A DNA stretch of 64,000 nt from NCBI GenBank assembly GCA_910580185.1, contig CAJTWC010000001.1:99532-163531 (forward strand). The letters run 5' to 3'. The notes beneath the pieces are model-generated. The model did no database searches. It saw nothing but the letters and a program-made list of their open reading frames with translations, and was not told where the DNA came from. The position numbers and the translations under genes are program-made. Source of the stretch: an uncultured Bacilli bacterium. GTDB lineage: Bacteria > Bacillota_I > Bacilli_A > RF39 > UBA660. Below, one piece after another: positions 39,407-49,168 of the stretch (the stretch's first letter is position 1; every line of letters starts with the position of its first letter).

Positions 39407-39433
39407 TTAGCACTGTCAACATTAGTGTGCTAA
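39407..39433. promoter_or_regulatory. CIRCE-like HrcA operator upstream of htpG
   Basis: TTAGCACTG-TCAACATTA-GTGTGCTAA against the consensus TTAGCACTC-N9-GAGTGCTAA, located 43 nt upstream of the htpG start. Confidence 0.7.
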
Positions 39434-39467
39434 TTAATTACAAAAAAATAAAGACACTAGGTCTTTA

Positions 39468-40016
39468 TTAGTATAAACCATGAAGTTTCATAATGTCATC
39501 CGAAGATAATTCTTCTACGGTCCATATTCCTGCGTTTTTTGTTAAAGATAAATCTATTTCATGAGTTGTTGTATCTGTTACGTCTTTCATCTTTTCTATT
39601 TTGTAATCCATGTATTTTTCTTCTGAGAAATTTCCTTCATCATTATTAAACTTTTCAGGATTGTTTTTTAATTCTTCTTCAGCTTCATTTATTGCACTAC
39701 GATAGTTAAGCACTGTTATCTCAACAGTAACAGTTGCACTATCATCTTCTTCTTTTTTATCTTTTATAACATATGCAAACTGATCATACTGTTTTTCCAT
39801 TAATTCTTCATATTTTTCTTTTTGATCATCAGTTATATCTTCATTCATAATAGTATCTTTTAATTGTTCTATTACATTATCGTCTTTTGCTCTATACTTT
39901 TCGAAGAATGTTTCAACTGCTTCTTCAGTATTGTTATCATTAACAGCACAACTGCAGCCTGTAAATAAAAGCATTACGCATGCTACAACCAATAATTTTT
40001 TAATAACATTTTTCAT
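39468..40016 (-). CDS. Lipoprotein, acidic, function unknown
   Basis: Signal peptide ending in the lipobox LFTGC. Confidence 0.7.
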   Translation of the reverse strand: MKNVIKKLLVVACVMLLFTGCSCAVNDNNTEEAVETFFEKYRAKDDNVIEQLKDTIMNEDITDDQKEKYEELMEKQYDQFAYVIKDKKEEDDSATVTVEITVLNYRSAINEAEEELKNNPEKFNNDEGNFSEEKYMDYKIEKMKDVTDTTTHEIDLSLTKNAGIWTVEELSSDDIMKLHGLY

Positions 40017-40065
40017 TTTTTATCCTCCTTCTACCATTAATTTGGCATAAAGGATTATTTTTATA

Positions 40066-40704
40066 CTATCTTTTTGCTACTTTGATAAATGATTTAATCT
40101 TATTAATTACAAAAAAATTTCCTTCTTCTATTTGTTTTTTTAATAACATATAAGATTTTAAGTAATCCTCTTCTTTAATATCAAAACATTCATAATGCAA
40201 ATAATTAATCTCATCAACATTTTTAGAATCATATATTTTATTTAAATATTTAAGTACTAAAAAAACTTCCTTATTCTCTTTTCTCGTCAATGATTTATTA
40301 TGCTTGTTTTTACTAATAACATTATATTCTAAATCATAAATACTCATATCATTACTTTTTTTTATAATATCATCAGCTTCATCAAATAATAATTTACTTT
40401 TTCCAATTACTAGACCTTCATCATTTAAGGCCACTGCCAAAACTGAATCATCATTACAAAGAAGACATGCATAATTCATTTTGTTAATAGTCCTACCACT
40501 AAATACTTCGGTTTGATCTTTAATAACGCTCATAAATTTTTTATCTACTAAAATATCATAATTCATAAAGTCTAAAAGTATTTTATCCTCTACTTTAAAA
40601 GCCATTATTTTTTTTATATGCTTTATATTATCATCTTTTTCCCATTCGTAAAATTCATATGGATTTTTTTTAAAATTAACTAAAATATCATAAACGTTTT
40701 TCAT
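40066..40704 (-). CDS. Hypothetical protein
   Basis: 212-aa ORF that overlaps the upstream small membrane ORF by 17 nt. I recognise no family. Confidence 0.55.
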   Translation of the reverse strand: MKNVYDILVNFKKNPYEFYEWEKDDNIKHIKKIMAFKVEDKILLDFMNYDILVDKKFMSVIKDQTEVFSGRTINKMNYACLLCNDDSVLAVALNDEGLVIGKSKLLFDEADDIIKKSNDMSIYDLEYNVISKNKHNKSLTRKENKEVFLVLKYLNKIYDSKNVDEINYLHYECFDIKEEDYLKSYMLLKKQIEEGNFFVINKIKSFIKVAKR

Positions 40705-40909
40705 TTTTTCCTCCTATTTTAATTATGGAAATATTTATAAGTATAAAACCTACCAATAAATAATAAGTTTCAGGTAGCTTCAAAATATAACCTATATATT
40801 CTTTAAAATTATACCCAAAACTAAATAAGTTTATGTACAAAATAAGTGTCGAAAAACCAATTATCATAAGACCAAATCCACACAAAAATAAAAAAACTTT
40901 TACCAACAT
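40688..40909 (-). CDS. Small membrane protein (two TM segments)
   Basis: 73 aa, two hydrophobic spans, translationally coupled to the next ORF. Confidence 0.5.
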   Translation of the reverse strand: MLVKVFLFLCGFGLMIIGFSTLILYINLFSFGYNFKEYIGYILKLPETYYLLVGFILINISIIKIGGKNEKRL

Positions 40910-41045
40910 TTTAAATCTCCTAATTAATTTTATTTATTTTATACAAGATTTAGTATATAAGATTAAATTAGGGGTTAAAAAAAAACAATCATTTTTTAAC
41001 CAAATAATTTGATTTATAATGAAAGTTTTTATTCAATATTAAATT

Positions 41046-41957
41046 TTATTTAACTTTATTTATACTTTTATAAATATAATTTCCATCTTCTTCTATAAGT
41101 ATCATTTCATAAACCGGTATTTTATTTCTGTTCTTTATAAAGAATTGTTCTACATCACCACTTATTTCCCCATTTTCTGTTTCTGAAAGATTATTATCTA
41201 TATCATCTGTATCTATTTCTTCAGAAAAATATACTTTTAATTTTCCATCAAAATCTGTGTCTATATAGAAGAAACTTGAAAAAATTATATGCATTTCGTT
41301 ATTTAATATATATGCATCATATATATATTCTGTTTGCCCGTCCTCAACAGAACCACCTTGTTCGTTTCCTAATTGTACATAACCTTTCGGATTATTTAAA
41401 TAAGTATATATTTCAAATTCTTGTGAATTATCTACTGCTTGAACTTCAGGTAATTTAGCATTTTCACCAAATAATTTCTTATATTGTTTTTCTAAATCAC
41501 TATATGTATAAAATTTATTTTCATCAGCACAATAAACAGTCTCATACCCATCAATATATTTAATTAAATAATTACCATTTTCATCTTTTGTTGAGTTAGA
41601 ATTATAATACTTATTTATTTTTTCACATATATTATTTTCAGTGTTTGATTTAGTATTTTTAATAGCTAAAAGAACTTTATAATTTTGATTAAATTGTTGT
41701 GTTGTTAAAAAATAAATACTATCATCAATTGAATATTTCTTTAAAATATTTTTTGCTTCTTCGGTATTTACTTTTTCTTTTTTTGCATCTTTAACTATTG
41801 CCGGTTTATTACTATCATTTGTTTTATAATTTTTTAAATAATACCCTGCAATCACTGCTAATGCTATAACAATTATTAAACATATTCCTTTTAATATTCT
41901 TCTTATCATAATAGTTTTATTTGATGGTCTACCAACATCATTTTTTAATACTCCCAT
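41046..41957 (-). CDS. Membrane-anchored extracytoplasmic protein, function unknown
   Basis: I place the start at MGVLKND, behind the RBS AAAGGGAGAG. Single N-terminal TM (ICLIIVIALAVIAGYY). Confidence 0.6.
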   Translation of the reverse strand: MGVLKNDVGRPSNKTIMIRRILKGICLIIVIALAVIAGYYLKNYKTNDSNKPAIVKDAKKEKVNTEEAKNILKKYSIDDSIYFLTTQQFNQNYKVLLAIKNTKSNTENNICEKINKYYNSNSTKDENGNYLIKYIDGYETVYCADENKFYTYSDLEKQYKKLFGENAKLPEVQAVDNSQEFEIYTYLNNPKGYVQLGNEQGGSVEDGQTEYIYDAYILNNEMHIIFSSFFYIDTDFDGKLKVYFSEEIDTDDIDNNLSETENGEISGDVEQFFIKNRNKIPVYEMILIEEDGNYIYKSINKVK

Positions 41958-42019
41958 TTTACTCTCCCTTTTCATTTTATTTGTAGATAACTAATATTTT
42001 ATAGCTACCTTCTATGTTG

Positions 42020-42050
42020 ATAATATCATTTCCTCCCCCCCCGATGTCAA
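42020..42050 (-). promoter_or_regulatory. Promoter with a G8 homopolymer in the -35/-10 spacer
   Basis: Minus strand reads TTGACA-TCGGGGGGGGAGGAAATGA-TATTAT. The spacer is 19 nt and there is a TGn extended -10. The C8 run on the plus strand is at 42035-42042. Confidence 0.55.
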
Positions 42051-42148
42051 TATTTTTTGAACTGTGGATAAAACACATTGTAAAATAAATAAATTTGTTT
42101 ATTTTATTAAAAATTTAGTATATAATTTAATATATGATAGGAGGAAAT

Positions 42149-42961
42149 ATGAAATTTTTGCAGATTTTACAATACGTTATTTTAGGGCTAATACAAGGAT
42201 TTACGGAACCTATTCCAATATCATCAAGTGGACACTTAGTAATATTTAAAAACATCTTTAATCTAGATACATTAAATGATATTAATTTTGAGATAGTTGT
42301 TAATTTTGGATCTTTTATAGCAATATGTTTCCTATTTAGAAAAGAAATAATAAAAATAATAAGTGATTTCTTTAATTATATAAAAACAAAAAAAGAAGAC
42401 TATAAAGAAAACTATAAATATGCATGGCTAATCGTTATAGGAACAATTCCCGCTGGTATATTTGGTATCATCTTAAAAGATAAAATAGATTTGGTATCAG
42501 AAAACGTAAAATTAGTTGGTATAGCGCTTTTAATAACCGCTCTTGCATTATTCTTAATTAAAGATACTAAAGGAAAAAAAGAAAAAAATGAAATAACGAT
42601 ATTTGATAGTATTATAATTGGTTTATTTCAAGTAATAGCATTATTTCCGGGAATATCTAGAAGTGGTGCAACAGTAGTTGGTGGAATGACTAGGGGTTTA
42701 AATAGAAAAACCGCTGTTAATTACTCTTTTATGCTTTATCTTCCAATTAGTTTAGCAACCATGGTACTAGGTGTTAAAGATTTAATAGAAACAGCAAATA
42801 TAAACAGTTTAATATTACCATATACCTTAGGAATGATAGCAAGCTGTATCGTTACATACTTTAGTGCTAAATGGTTTATTAACATAATGAAAAAAGGTAA
42901 ATTAGGATACTTTTCGATATACTGTTTAATCGTTGGAATTTTAGTATTATTATTCATTTAA
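42149..42961 (+). CDS. uppP: Undecaprenyl-diphosphate phosphatase
   Basis: GLIQGFTEPIPISSSGH and PGISRSGAT motifs. Start at MKFLQ behind the RBS AGGAGG. Confidence 0.9.
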   Translation: MKFLQILQYVILGLIQGFTEPIPISSSGHLVIFKNIFNLDTLNDINFEIVVNFGSFIAICFLFRKEIIKIISDFFNYIKTKKEDYKENYKYAWLIVIGTIPAGIFGIILKDKIDLVSENVKLVGIALLITALALFLIKDTKGKKEKNEITIFDSIIIGLFQVIALFPGISRSGATVVGGMTRGLNRKTAVNYSFMLYLPISLATMVLGVKDLIETANINSLILPYTLGMIASCIVTYFSAKWFINIMKKGKLGYFSIYCLIVGILVLLFI

Positions 42962-42990
42962 AAAAGGCTTTAAAGAAAAAGCCTTTTTTA
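42962..42990 (+). terminator. Intrinsic terminator after uppP
   Basis: AAGGCTT-TAAAGAAA-AAGCCTT followed by T6. Confidence 0.75.
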
Positions 42991-42996
42991 TAACCT

Positions 42997-43131
42997 TTAT
43001 TTTAATCTGTTAACTATACTATCATTAGTCATAAGACATATACCAATAACTATCATTGCAATTAATAGGACAATACATATAACTACCTTTTTTATAATGC
43101 TCTTTTTTTCTTCTTGTGTTAAATCATCCAT
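42997..43131 (-). CDS. Unannotated 44-aa single-TM protein downstream of holA
   Basis: RBS GGAGGC, then ATG. Sequence MDDLTQEEKKSIIKKVVICIVLLIAMIVIGICLMTNDSIVNRLK. It is below the ORF-track size cutoff. Confidence 0.45.
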   Translation of the reverse strand: MDDLTQEEKKSIIKKVVICIVLLIAMIVIGICLMTNDSIVNRLK

Positions 43132-43185
43132 ATAAGCCTCCTATAATATAAATCAATGATAACATAAATGTACGAAAACATCAAA

Positions 43186-44133
43186 TTAAAGATGGAGCAA
43201 AAAGTTTTCTAAACAAGTGTTTTTATCTTCTTTTCCACTTTTTATAGAATAATCTATTTCATGCAGTTTTTTTAATACATCTTCTAACTCATATAGCATA
43301 TAATCTGTTTCTAAAGCAAGTTTAACTCTATATGGATGAACCGCTAAGATACTTGCTATATCCTTGCTGTTTTTACCTTCATTAGCTAATAATTTTACTT
43401 GATAAACCAAATTAAATTGAATTCCTATTAGTGCTATTATTTTTATTGGTTCTTCTTTTAATGATACTAAATCGTTATAACAAGAAAATATTTTTTTAAA
43501 ATTCTTTTTCATTATTGCATCACAAAGATCAAAAACATTATCATTAAATGCCTTACTTGATATATTATTAATATCTTCTATTGTAATTTTCTTATCAGTA
43601 TCCTTATAAATTATCATTTTATTTATTTCAGCAATTAATATGTCAACGTTTTTACCAACATAGTCAGTGAAATATTTAGCCGTTTTGTAATCTATATCAT
43701 AACCTTTAGCTTTAAATTCAGACGAAACAAAACCAGATAAATCTTTTTCATCTATTACTTCTTTTTTTATGACAGTAACGTTTTTCTTTAAGGTTTTAAC
43801 TATCTTTTTTCTTTCGTCTAACTTTTCTGATAAAACAGATATAATAACTATGTTTTCATGTGAAGTCTCACTTACGTATTTTTCTAAATAATCCAAGTTG
43901 TGATTAACATTTGTATTTGCACCTGTTAAAAATAAAGCATTTTCGCCCACTAATACTTTTTTATCACCAAATAATGATATACAAGAAGCATCATCTAATA
44001 ACTCATCTATTTTATCTACTGATAAATCATATTTAACAACATCTGTTATACCAGATGCTATATTATCTATTTCTCTTTTTATTAAACTGTAATCAGTTCC
44101 ATATATTAAATAAGTGTCTTTCATATATATCAC
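43186..44133 (-). CDS. holA: DNA polymerase III subunit delta
   Basis: Length, and an N-terminal YLIYGTDYSL.. pattern typical of HolA in Firmicutes. Confidence 0.7.
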   Translation of the reverse strand: MIYMKDTYLIYGTDYSLIKREIDNIASGITDVVKYDLSVDKIDELLDDASCISLFGDKKVLVGENALFLTGANTNVNHNLDYLEKYVSETSHENIVIISVLSEKLDERKKIVKTLKKNVTVIKKEVIDEKDLSGFVSSEFKAKGYDIDYKTAKYFTDYVGKNVDILIAEINKMIIYKDTDKKITIEDINNISSKAFNDNVFDLCDAIMKKNFKKIFSCYNDLVSLKEEPIKIIALIGIQFNLVYQVKLLANEGKNSKDIASILAVHPYRVKLALETDYMLYELEDVLKKLHEIDYSIKSGKEDKNTCLENFLLHL

Positions 44134-44145
44134 CTTCTTTTTATA

Positions 44146-45912
44146 TTATATCAAATTATCTTGACTTGAAAATAATTTATAGTATTCACCCTTTTTCTTC
44201 ATAAGTTCTTTATGACTTCCCATTTCATAAACTCTCTTATCTTTTATAAGCATTATAACATCTGAATTAACAATGGTAGATAATCTATGGGCAATGGTAA
44301 TCGTTGTTTTATCTTTTAATAAAGTATTAATCTTCTTTTGAATTATACTTTCAGTTTTAACATCAATCTTACTAGTCGCCTCATCTAAGACTAATATTTT
44401 AGGATCATTTATCAAAATTCTTATGTAACTAATTAACTGTCTTTGACCGTCTGATAAAGTATTACCATGGTTTTCTAATACAGTGTAATACCCTTTATCA
44501 AATTCATTTATCCAATTATCCAAATCAAGTTTTTTACATATTTTTATAACTTCTTCATCACTCATTTTAGAATTACCATATTTTAAATTGTTCATTATCG
44601 TGTCAGTAAACAGATAATTATCCTGCTGCATTATTGATATTTGTCTTCTAAGAGTATTTAAATCATAGTTTCTAATATCTATATCATCGATTAGTATTTC
44701 TCCATCATTTATATCATAGAACCTTGCCATAAGGTTTGCAATAGTGGTTTTACCACTTCCAGTTTCTCCTACTATCGCTATTTTTTGTCCAGGTTTTACT
44801 TCAAAAGATACCTTATCCAAAACTACTTTATCTTCGTTATACGAAAATACAACATCTTTAAATTTAATATCACCTGTTATTTTTTTTCTTACTGGATTTT
44901 CTATATTCGTTATCGTAATTGGTTCATCTATCGTTTCTAATATTCTTTCTAAATAAGTTACCGACTCAATAAAATCATCCATTGCTACAAAAAGGTTTCT
45001 TATCGGATTCCAAAACCTACTAGAATAACTTCCCATTGCAACTATCGTTCCAAGAGAAATACCTGGTACAAGATAAAATACACCTATCGTATAAATTAGA
45101 ACTTGAACAACGTTTGAGATAATGTTAGTACTACTCCAAGTTATGTTTCCATACACTATATAATCACACCATGATTCAAAAAATTCATCTGTTAATCCGT
45201 CATGAATTACACCATTTTCTTTTTGTCTATTAAACACCTTTGTTGTATCTGTTCCTTTTAATGATTCATATAAATAAGCATTCATATTTGAGCGTTTATT
45301 ATTTATCTTAAGTTTCTTTTTTCTTTTTATCTTGGTAGTAAAATTAAATATTAAACTTAATATTATTACTCCAATAAAAGTTATAAACGTTAGTTTAACA
45401 CTCGTTATTAGCATAAATATTACCGTTAAGAAAAGACTTATTAACTGCAGAATCGTATCGATTAATCTATTTGTAATAAGTGATGATACACTTTCAGCGT
45501 AATCGGTTAATCGAACTAAAATCTTACCATGTGGCCTTGTATCATAATACTTAGAAGATAAATATTGCAAATGTGAAAATAAATCGTTTTTTAAATCTTC
45601 TACGATGTTTTGGTTTACCTTTACTAAGATGTCATTTTTTATCTTAATTGTTAATATAACTCCTATTTGAATAGAAATACCTACCAAGCATAGTTTTACT
45701 AAAGCATTAAAGTTCCAACCTTTTGTAATGTTATCAATCCCATATTGAATTAACTTAGCATAAATAAGGGTTAATAAGGTTGATGCTAAACTTACGATTA
45801 ATGCTATAAATAACTTTTTCTTATAGTCTTTTAGATACTTAAGAGCACGCTTAATGTTTTTAAAACTAAAACTTGTATTACGCTCGTCCACGTCATATTT
45901 ATTAACTCTCAT
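44146..45912 (-). CDS. ABC exporter permease/ATPase (heterodimer partner 2)
   Basis: Walker A GETGSGKTT, signature LSDGQRQ, Walker B LVLDEATS. Confidence 0.9.
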   Translation of the reverse strand: MRVNKYDVDERNTSFSFKNIKRALKYLKDYKKKLFIALIVSLASTLLTLIYAKLIQYGIDNITKGWNFNALVKLCLVGISIQIGVILTIKIKNDILVKVNQNIVEDLKNDLFSHLQYLSSKYYDTRPHGKILVRLTDYAESVSSLITNRLIDTILQLISLFLTVIFMLITSVKLTFITFIGVIILSLIFNFTTKIKRKKKLKINNKRSNMNAYLYESLKGTDTTKVFNRQKENGVIHDGLTDEFFESWCDYIVYGNITWSSTNIISNVVQVLIYTIGVFYLVPGISLGTIVAMGSYSSRFWNPIRNLFVAMDDFIESVTYLERILETIDEPITITNIENPVRKKITGDIKFKDVVFSYNEDKVVLDKVSFEVKPGQKIAIVGETGSGKTTIANLMARFYDINDGEILIDDIDIRNYDLNTLRRQISIMQQDNYLFTDTIMNNLKYGNSKMSDEEVIKICKKLDLDNWINEFDKGYYTVLENHGNTLSDGQRQLISYIRILINDPKILVLDEATSKIDVKTESIIQKKINTLLKDKTTITIAHRLSTIVNSDVIMLIKDKRVYEMGSHKELMKKKGEYYKLFSSQDNLI

Positions 45913-47615
45913 AGCTTAATCCCCCTTTTTTGAATATCATAAATTTCTTTATAAATACCATTTTTCTTAAGTAAGGATTTATGAGTACCACACTCTTTTA
46001 CCTCTCCTTTTTCTAAAACAAATATTTCATCTGCGTCTTTAACCGAAAGGATTTTTTGTGCAATAATAAGCTTAGTAGTATCTAGGTTTAAATCATTTAT
46101 GTTTTTAGTTACTTCTAGCTCAGTTTCAAAATCAAGGGCCGATGTGATATCATCTAGTATTAAAAGATTAGGATTAACAGCAAGCGTTCTTGAAAGTGAT
46201 AATCTTTGTTTTTCACCACCTGATAAATCAACACCACCCTCACCGATTACTTCGTCAATTCCGTTTTTTAAGTTAAAAACATAATCTGCTTTTGCAAGTT
46301 TAATATATTTAATTACTTCTTTATCCGTTAACTTAGAGTTTCCAAAACGAACGTTATTTCTTATCGTATCAGAAAACAAAAACGGAGTTTGACTAACATA
46401 TCCAAAATTCTTTCTTAAAGAACTCATTTTGTACTCTTTAATATTTATTCCATCAATTAGTATTTCACCACGACTTACGTCTTCTAATCTAAGTAATAAT
46501 CTTGCAATAGTCGATTTTCCACTACCTATAGAACCTATTAAAGCATAAGTTTTCCCTGGCATAATATGCATATTAAAATCTTTTAAAACAAAAGTTTCAT
46601 CATATTTTAACCACACGTTTTTAAATTCTATTTCATGTTTTTTACCTTTTAATTCTAAAGTACCGTCTAAAATTTTTGATTTCCTAGATAAAATCCATTT
46701 CATTTTATTTAAAGCAACACCAAAGTTTTGCCAGTTATCTAAAAGTGTACTAGCATTTTCAAACGGAGTTTTTAAACACCACAAAAGAGAATCAAAAACA
46801 AGCCACTGTCCTATTGTTATTTCACCATTCATAACAAATAAAAATCCAAAAAATATAAGCAAAGCACAAATAAGTTCGTTAAGTGCGGTAGTTGTTACAT
46901 TGTAATTTATAAATTTATACCTGATTTTTAAATTCTTATTTTTAAGTGTTCTATTTTTAATTTTAAACTTTTTTATTTCTTCTTTTTCTGTTCCGTAGTT
47001 TTTAACTAGTCTATTAGAATCAATGTTTTCTTGTATAAAGTTGTTAAAGGTAGATAGATACTCTCTTTTATCTTGATAGTTTTTCTTTGATGTTTTTATG
47101 TACCTATTTGAAAAGTAAAATAAAATTGGAAGTGGAATCATTATTATAAGTGTTAGTTTAGGACTTATTATAAAACAATAAGTAAGTGCTCCAAAAAATC
47201 TAAGAATGGCTGCTAAAACAGTTTTAACTGTAAAACACATATTCATTCTTATTTGGTATGAATCGGAAAAAATAGTGGTTACTTCTCCTAACGGATTTTC
47301 ATTGTAAAAGCTAGAGTCTAAACTACTTAATTTTTCGTACATTTTTATTCTTAACTTTTTAGCTAGTCTAAATCCCCAAGAGTCAATTAAGACAACTCCA
47401 AAATATGCTAAAACAGTGCCAAAAATAACGATTACTATGGTTGTTATGGCAAGTGGTAATATAACACTTCTGTTTCCACCAATAAGACCATCATCAACCA
47501 TTTTTCCCATAAGTATTGCAGGAAAAATCATTAGCACGTCTCCAAATACTATCATAAAATTATATAAAAAATATTTTAGTTTATTTTCTTTATCAAAATC
47601 AAGTACCCACTTCAT
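45909..47615 (-). CDS. ABC exporter permease/ATPase (heterodimer partner 1)
   Basis: Walker A GSIGSGKST, signature LSGGEKQR, Walker B LILDDITS. It overlaps its partner gene by 4 nt. Confidence 0.9.
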   Translation of the reverse strand: MKWVLDFDKENKLKYFLYNFMIVFGDVLMIFPAILMGKMVDDGLIGGNRSVILPLAITTIVIVIFGTVLAYFGVVLIDSWGFRLAKKLRIKMYEKLSSLDSSFYNENPLGEVTTIFSDSYQIRMNMCFTVKTVLAAILRFFGALTYCFIISPKLTLIIMIPLPILFYFSNRYIKTSKKNYQDKREYLSTFNNFIQENIDSNRLVKNYGTEKEEIKKFKIKNRTLKNKNLKIRYKFINYNVTTTALNELICALLIFFGFLFVMNGEITIGQWLVFDSLLWCLKTPFENASTLLDNWQNFGVALNKMKWILSRKSKILDGTLELKGKKHEIEFKNVWLKYDETFVLKDFNMHIMPGKTYALIGSIGSGKSTIARLLLRLEDVSRGEILIDGINIKEYKMSSLRKNFGYVSQTPFLFSDTIRNNVRFGNSKLTDKEVIKYIKLAKADYVFNLKNGIDEVIGEGGVDLSGGEKQRLSLSRTLAVNPNLLILDDITSALDFETELEVTKNINDLNLDTTKLIIAQKILSVKDADEIFVLEKGEVKECGTHKSLLKKNGIYKEIYDIQKRGIKL

Positions 47616-47661
47616 AATACCTACTCCTTAACGCACTCTAATTATACAATAAAAAAAGAAA

Positions 47662-48240
47662 CTATGCTAGTTTCTCTAATAATTCAGCCTTTTTCATTGA
47701 AGTATATCCTTCAATTCCTTTTTCCTTAGCCATTTTCTTAAGCTCAGCTACAGTTAATTTTGATATATCTTTAGAATCTTCCTTCTTTGGAGCTTCTTTT
47801 TTTGCTGGAGCTTTCTTAGTTTCTTCTTTTACTTCTTTTTTAGCAGCTGGTTTGCTTTCAGCTTTTGCTTCTTTAGGCATTTTACCATTTAATGCATCTT
47901 TAGCAATTACTACTAAATCAGAGAATGCTTTTGGTGAATCAATAGCGATTTCAGCTAACATTTTACGGTTAACAGCAACACCTGCTTTTGATAAACCATT
48001 GATAAATCTTGAATAACTAATTTCGTTTTCACGACATGCTGCATTAATACGTACAATCCATAACTTTCTAAAATTACGTTTATTTTGCTTTCTGTCTCTA
48101 TAAGCATACATATATGAATGCATTACTTGTTCTTTTGCAGTTTTGAATAATCTATGTTTACTTCCAAAGTAACCTTTAGCTTCTTTTAATATTTTCTTAC
48201 GACGTGCTTTTGTTGCAGCACCATTTTTTACTCTTGCCAT
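47662..48240 (-). CDS. rplT: Ribosomal protein L20 with a 73-aa C-terminal extension (Lys/Ala/Pro-rich linker plus a Rho_N/SAP-like helix-extended-helix)
   Basis: Residues 1-119 are canonical L20 (MARVKNG...[24 protein letters not shown]). Then comes the [24 protein letters not shown] linker, then [31 protein letters not shown]. Confidence 0.9.
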   Translation of the reverse strand: MARVKNGAATKARRKKILKEAKGYFGSKHRLFKTAKEQVMHSYMYAYRDRKQNKRNFRKLWIVRINAACRENEISYSRFINGLSKAGVAVNRKMLAEIAIDSPKAFSDLVVIAKDALNGKMPKEAKAESKPAAKKEVKEETKKAPAKKEAPKKEDSKDISKLTVAELKKMAKEKGIEGYTSMKKAELLEKLA

Positions 48241-48267
48241 TATTTATTTCCTCCTTAATTCTTTATA

Positions 48268-48471
48268 CTATAAAGTATCAATTATTCTCTTTAATCTATT
48301 TGCGTCAGCTTTACTTAAATCTGAACCTTTTCTACAACTTCTGTTAAAACTTGTTTTCTTAGAACCAGTATTATGTCTTGAACCTGGTTTTCCAACGGTA
48401 ATACTACCACTATTTCTTACATTTAAAACTTTTTTAGTACCCTTATGAGTCTTTTGTGTTTTCTTTGCCAT
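48268..48471 (-). CDS. rpmI: Ribosomal protein L35
   Basis: 67 aa, basic, positioned between infC and rplT. Confidence 0.9.
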   Translation of the reverse strand: MAKKTQKTHKGTKKVLNVRNSGSITVGKPGSRHNTGSKKTSFNRSCRKGSDLSKADANRLKRIIDTL

Positions 48472-48483
48472 ATTTTATTCCTC

Positions 48484-49008
48484 CTATTTCTTAACCGGGC
48501 TAACCATAGCCATCATATTTCTACCTTCAAGTGTTGGATTTCCATCAAGTGTTCCAACTTCTTTTAATTCTTCTGCAAATTTCAGTAATACTTCTTTACC
48601 TTTATTGGTAAACTGCATCTCACGTCCTCTAAAACGTATAGATAACTTAATTTTATGACCTTTTTCTAAGTACTTTCTTGCGTTTGTTAACTTAGTGTTA
48701 AAATCATGTACGTCAATGTTTGGTGATAAACGGTATTCCTTCATTTCAGCGTTATTTTCTCTTTGTTTCTTTTGAGACTCTTTTAACTTCTTTTTCTTTT
48801 CATACTTAAATTTGTTATAGTCCATTAACTTACACACAGCATTTTCGCCCTTGTCGTTAATTAAAACTAAATCAAATCCAGCATACGAAGCTAGTGTTAA
48901 TGCCTCTTCCTTTGATTTTATACCAAGTTGTTCACCATTTGGGCCAATTACAAGCATTTGTTTAGCTCTTATTTGTTCATTAATTGGCATGTCTTTTTCT
49001 TTTGCTAT
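48484..49008 (-). CDS. infC: Translation initiation factor IF-3, probable non-AUG (ATA) start
   Basis: IF-3 pattern INEQIRAKQMLVIGPNGEQLG. The RBS GGAGGTG sits 24 nt from the first ATG (48990) but 7 nt from an in-frame ATA (49006-49008). Confidence 0.85.
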   Translation of the reverse strand: MAKEKDMPINEQIRAKQMLVIGPNGEQLGIKSKEEALTLASYAGFDLVLINDKGENAVCKLMDYNKFKYEKKKKLKESQKKQRENNAEMKEYRLSPNIDVHDFNTKLTNARKYLEKGHKIKLSIRFRGREMQFTNKGKEVLLKFAEELKEVGTLDGNPTLEGRNMMAMVSPVKK

Positions 49009-49028
49009 ATTAAAGCACCTCCATAATA

Positions 49029-49168
49029 ATAAAAAGTGAATACGAGATTAGTATTCACCTTAAAAAACGCATATTATCTATATGTTATTCACAAGTTGGC
49101 GTTTAACCCATCACTATTTGCAATCGGGTGAGATAAATACAATCTTCTTTCCTTCATATCAAAATTAC
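49029..49168 (-). promoter_or_regulatory. infC-rpmI-rplT leader with an attenuator terminator (L20-leader-like)
   Basis: Promoter TTTACA-17-TATACT (49175-49203). A ~140-nt leader ends in the hairpin GTGAATAC-7 nt-GTATTCAC (49036-49058) plus a U-run, directly before the infC RBS. Confidence 0.5.

Noticed and set aside
42064-42249. 61-aa plus-strand ORF, and the 42736-42957 minus-strand ORF
   Set aside because: The first is out of frame and overlaps the uppP start region with no RBS. The second is antisense inside uppP.
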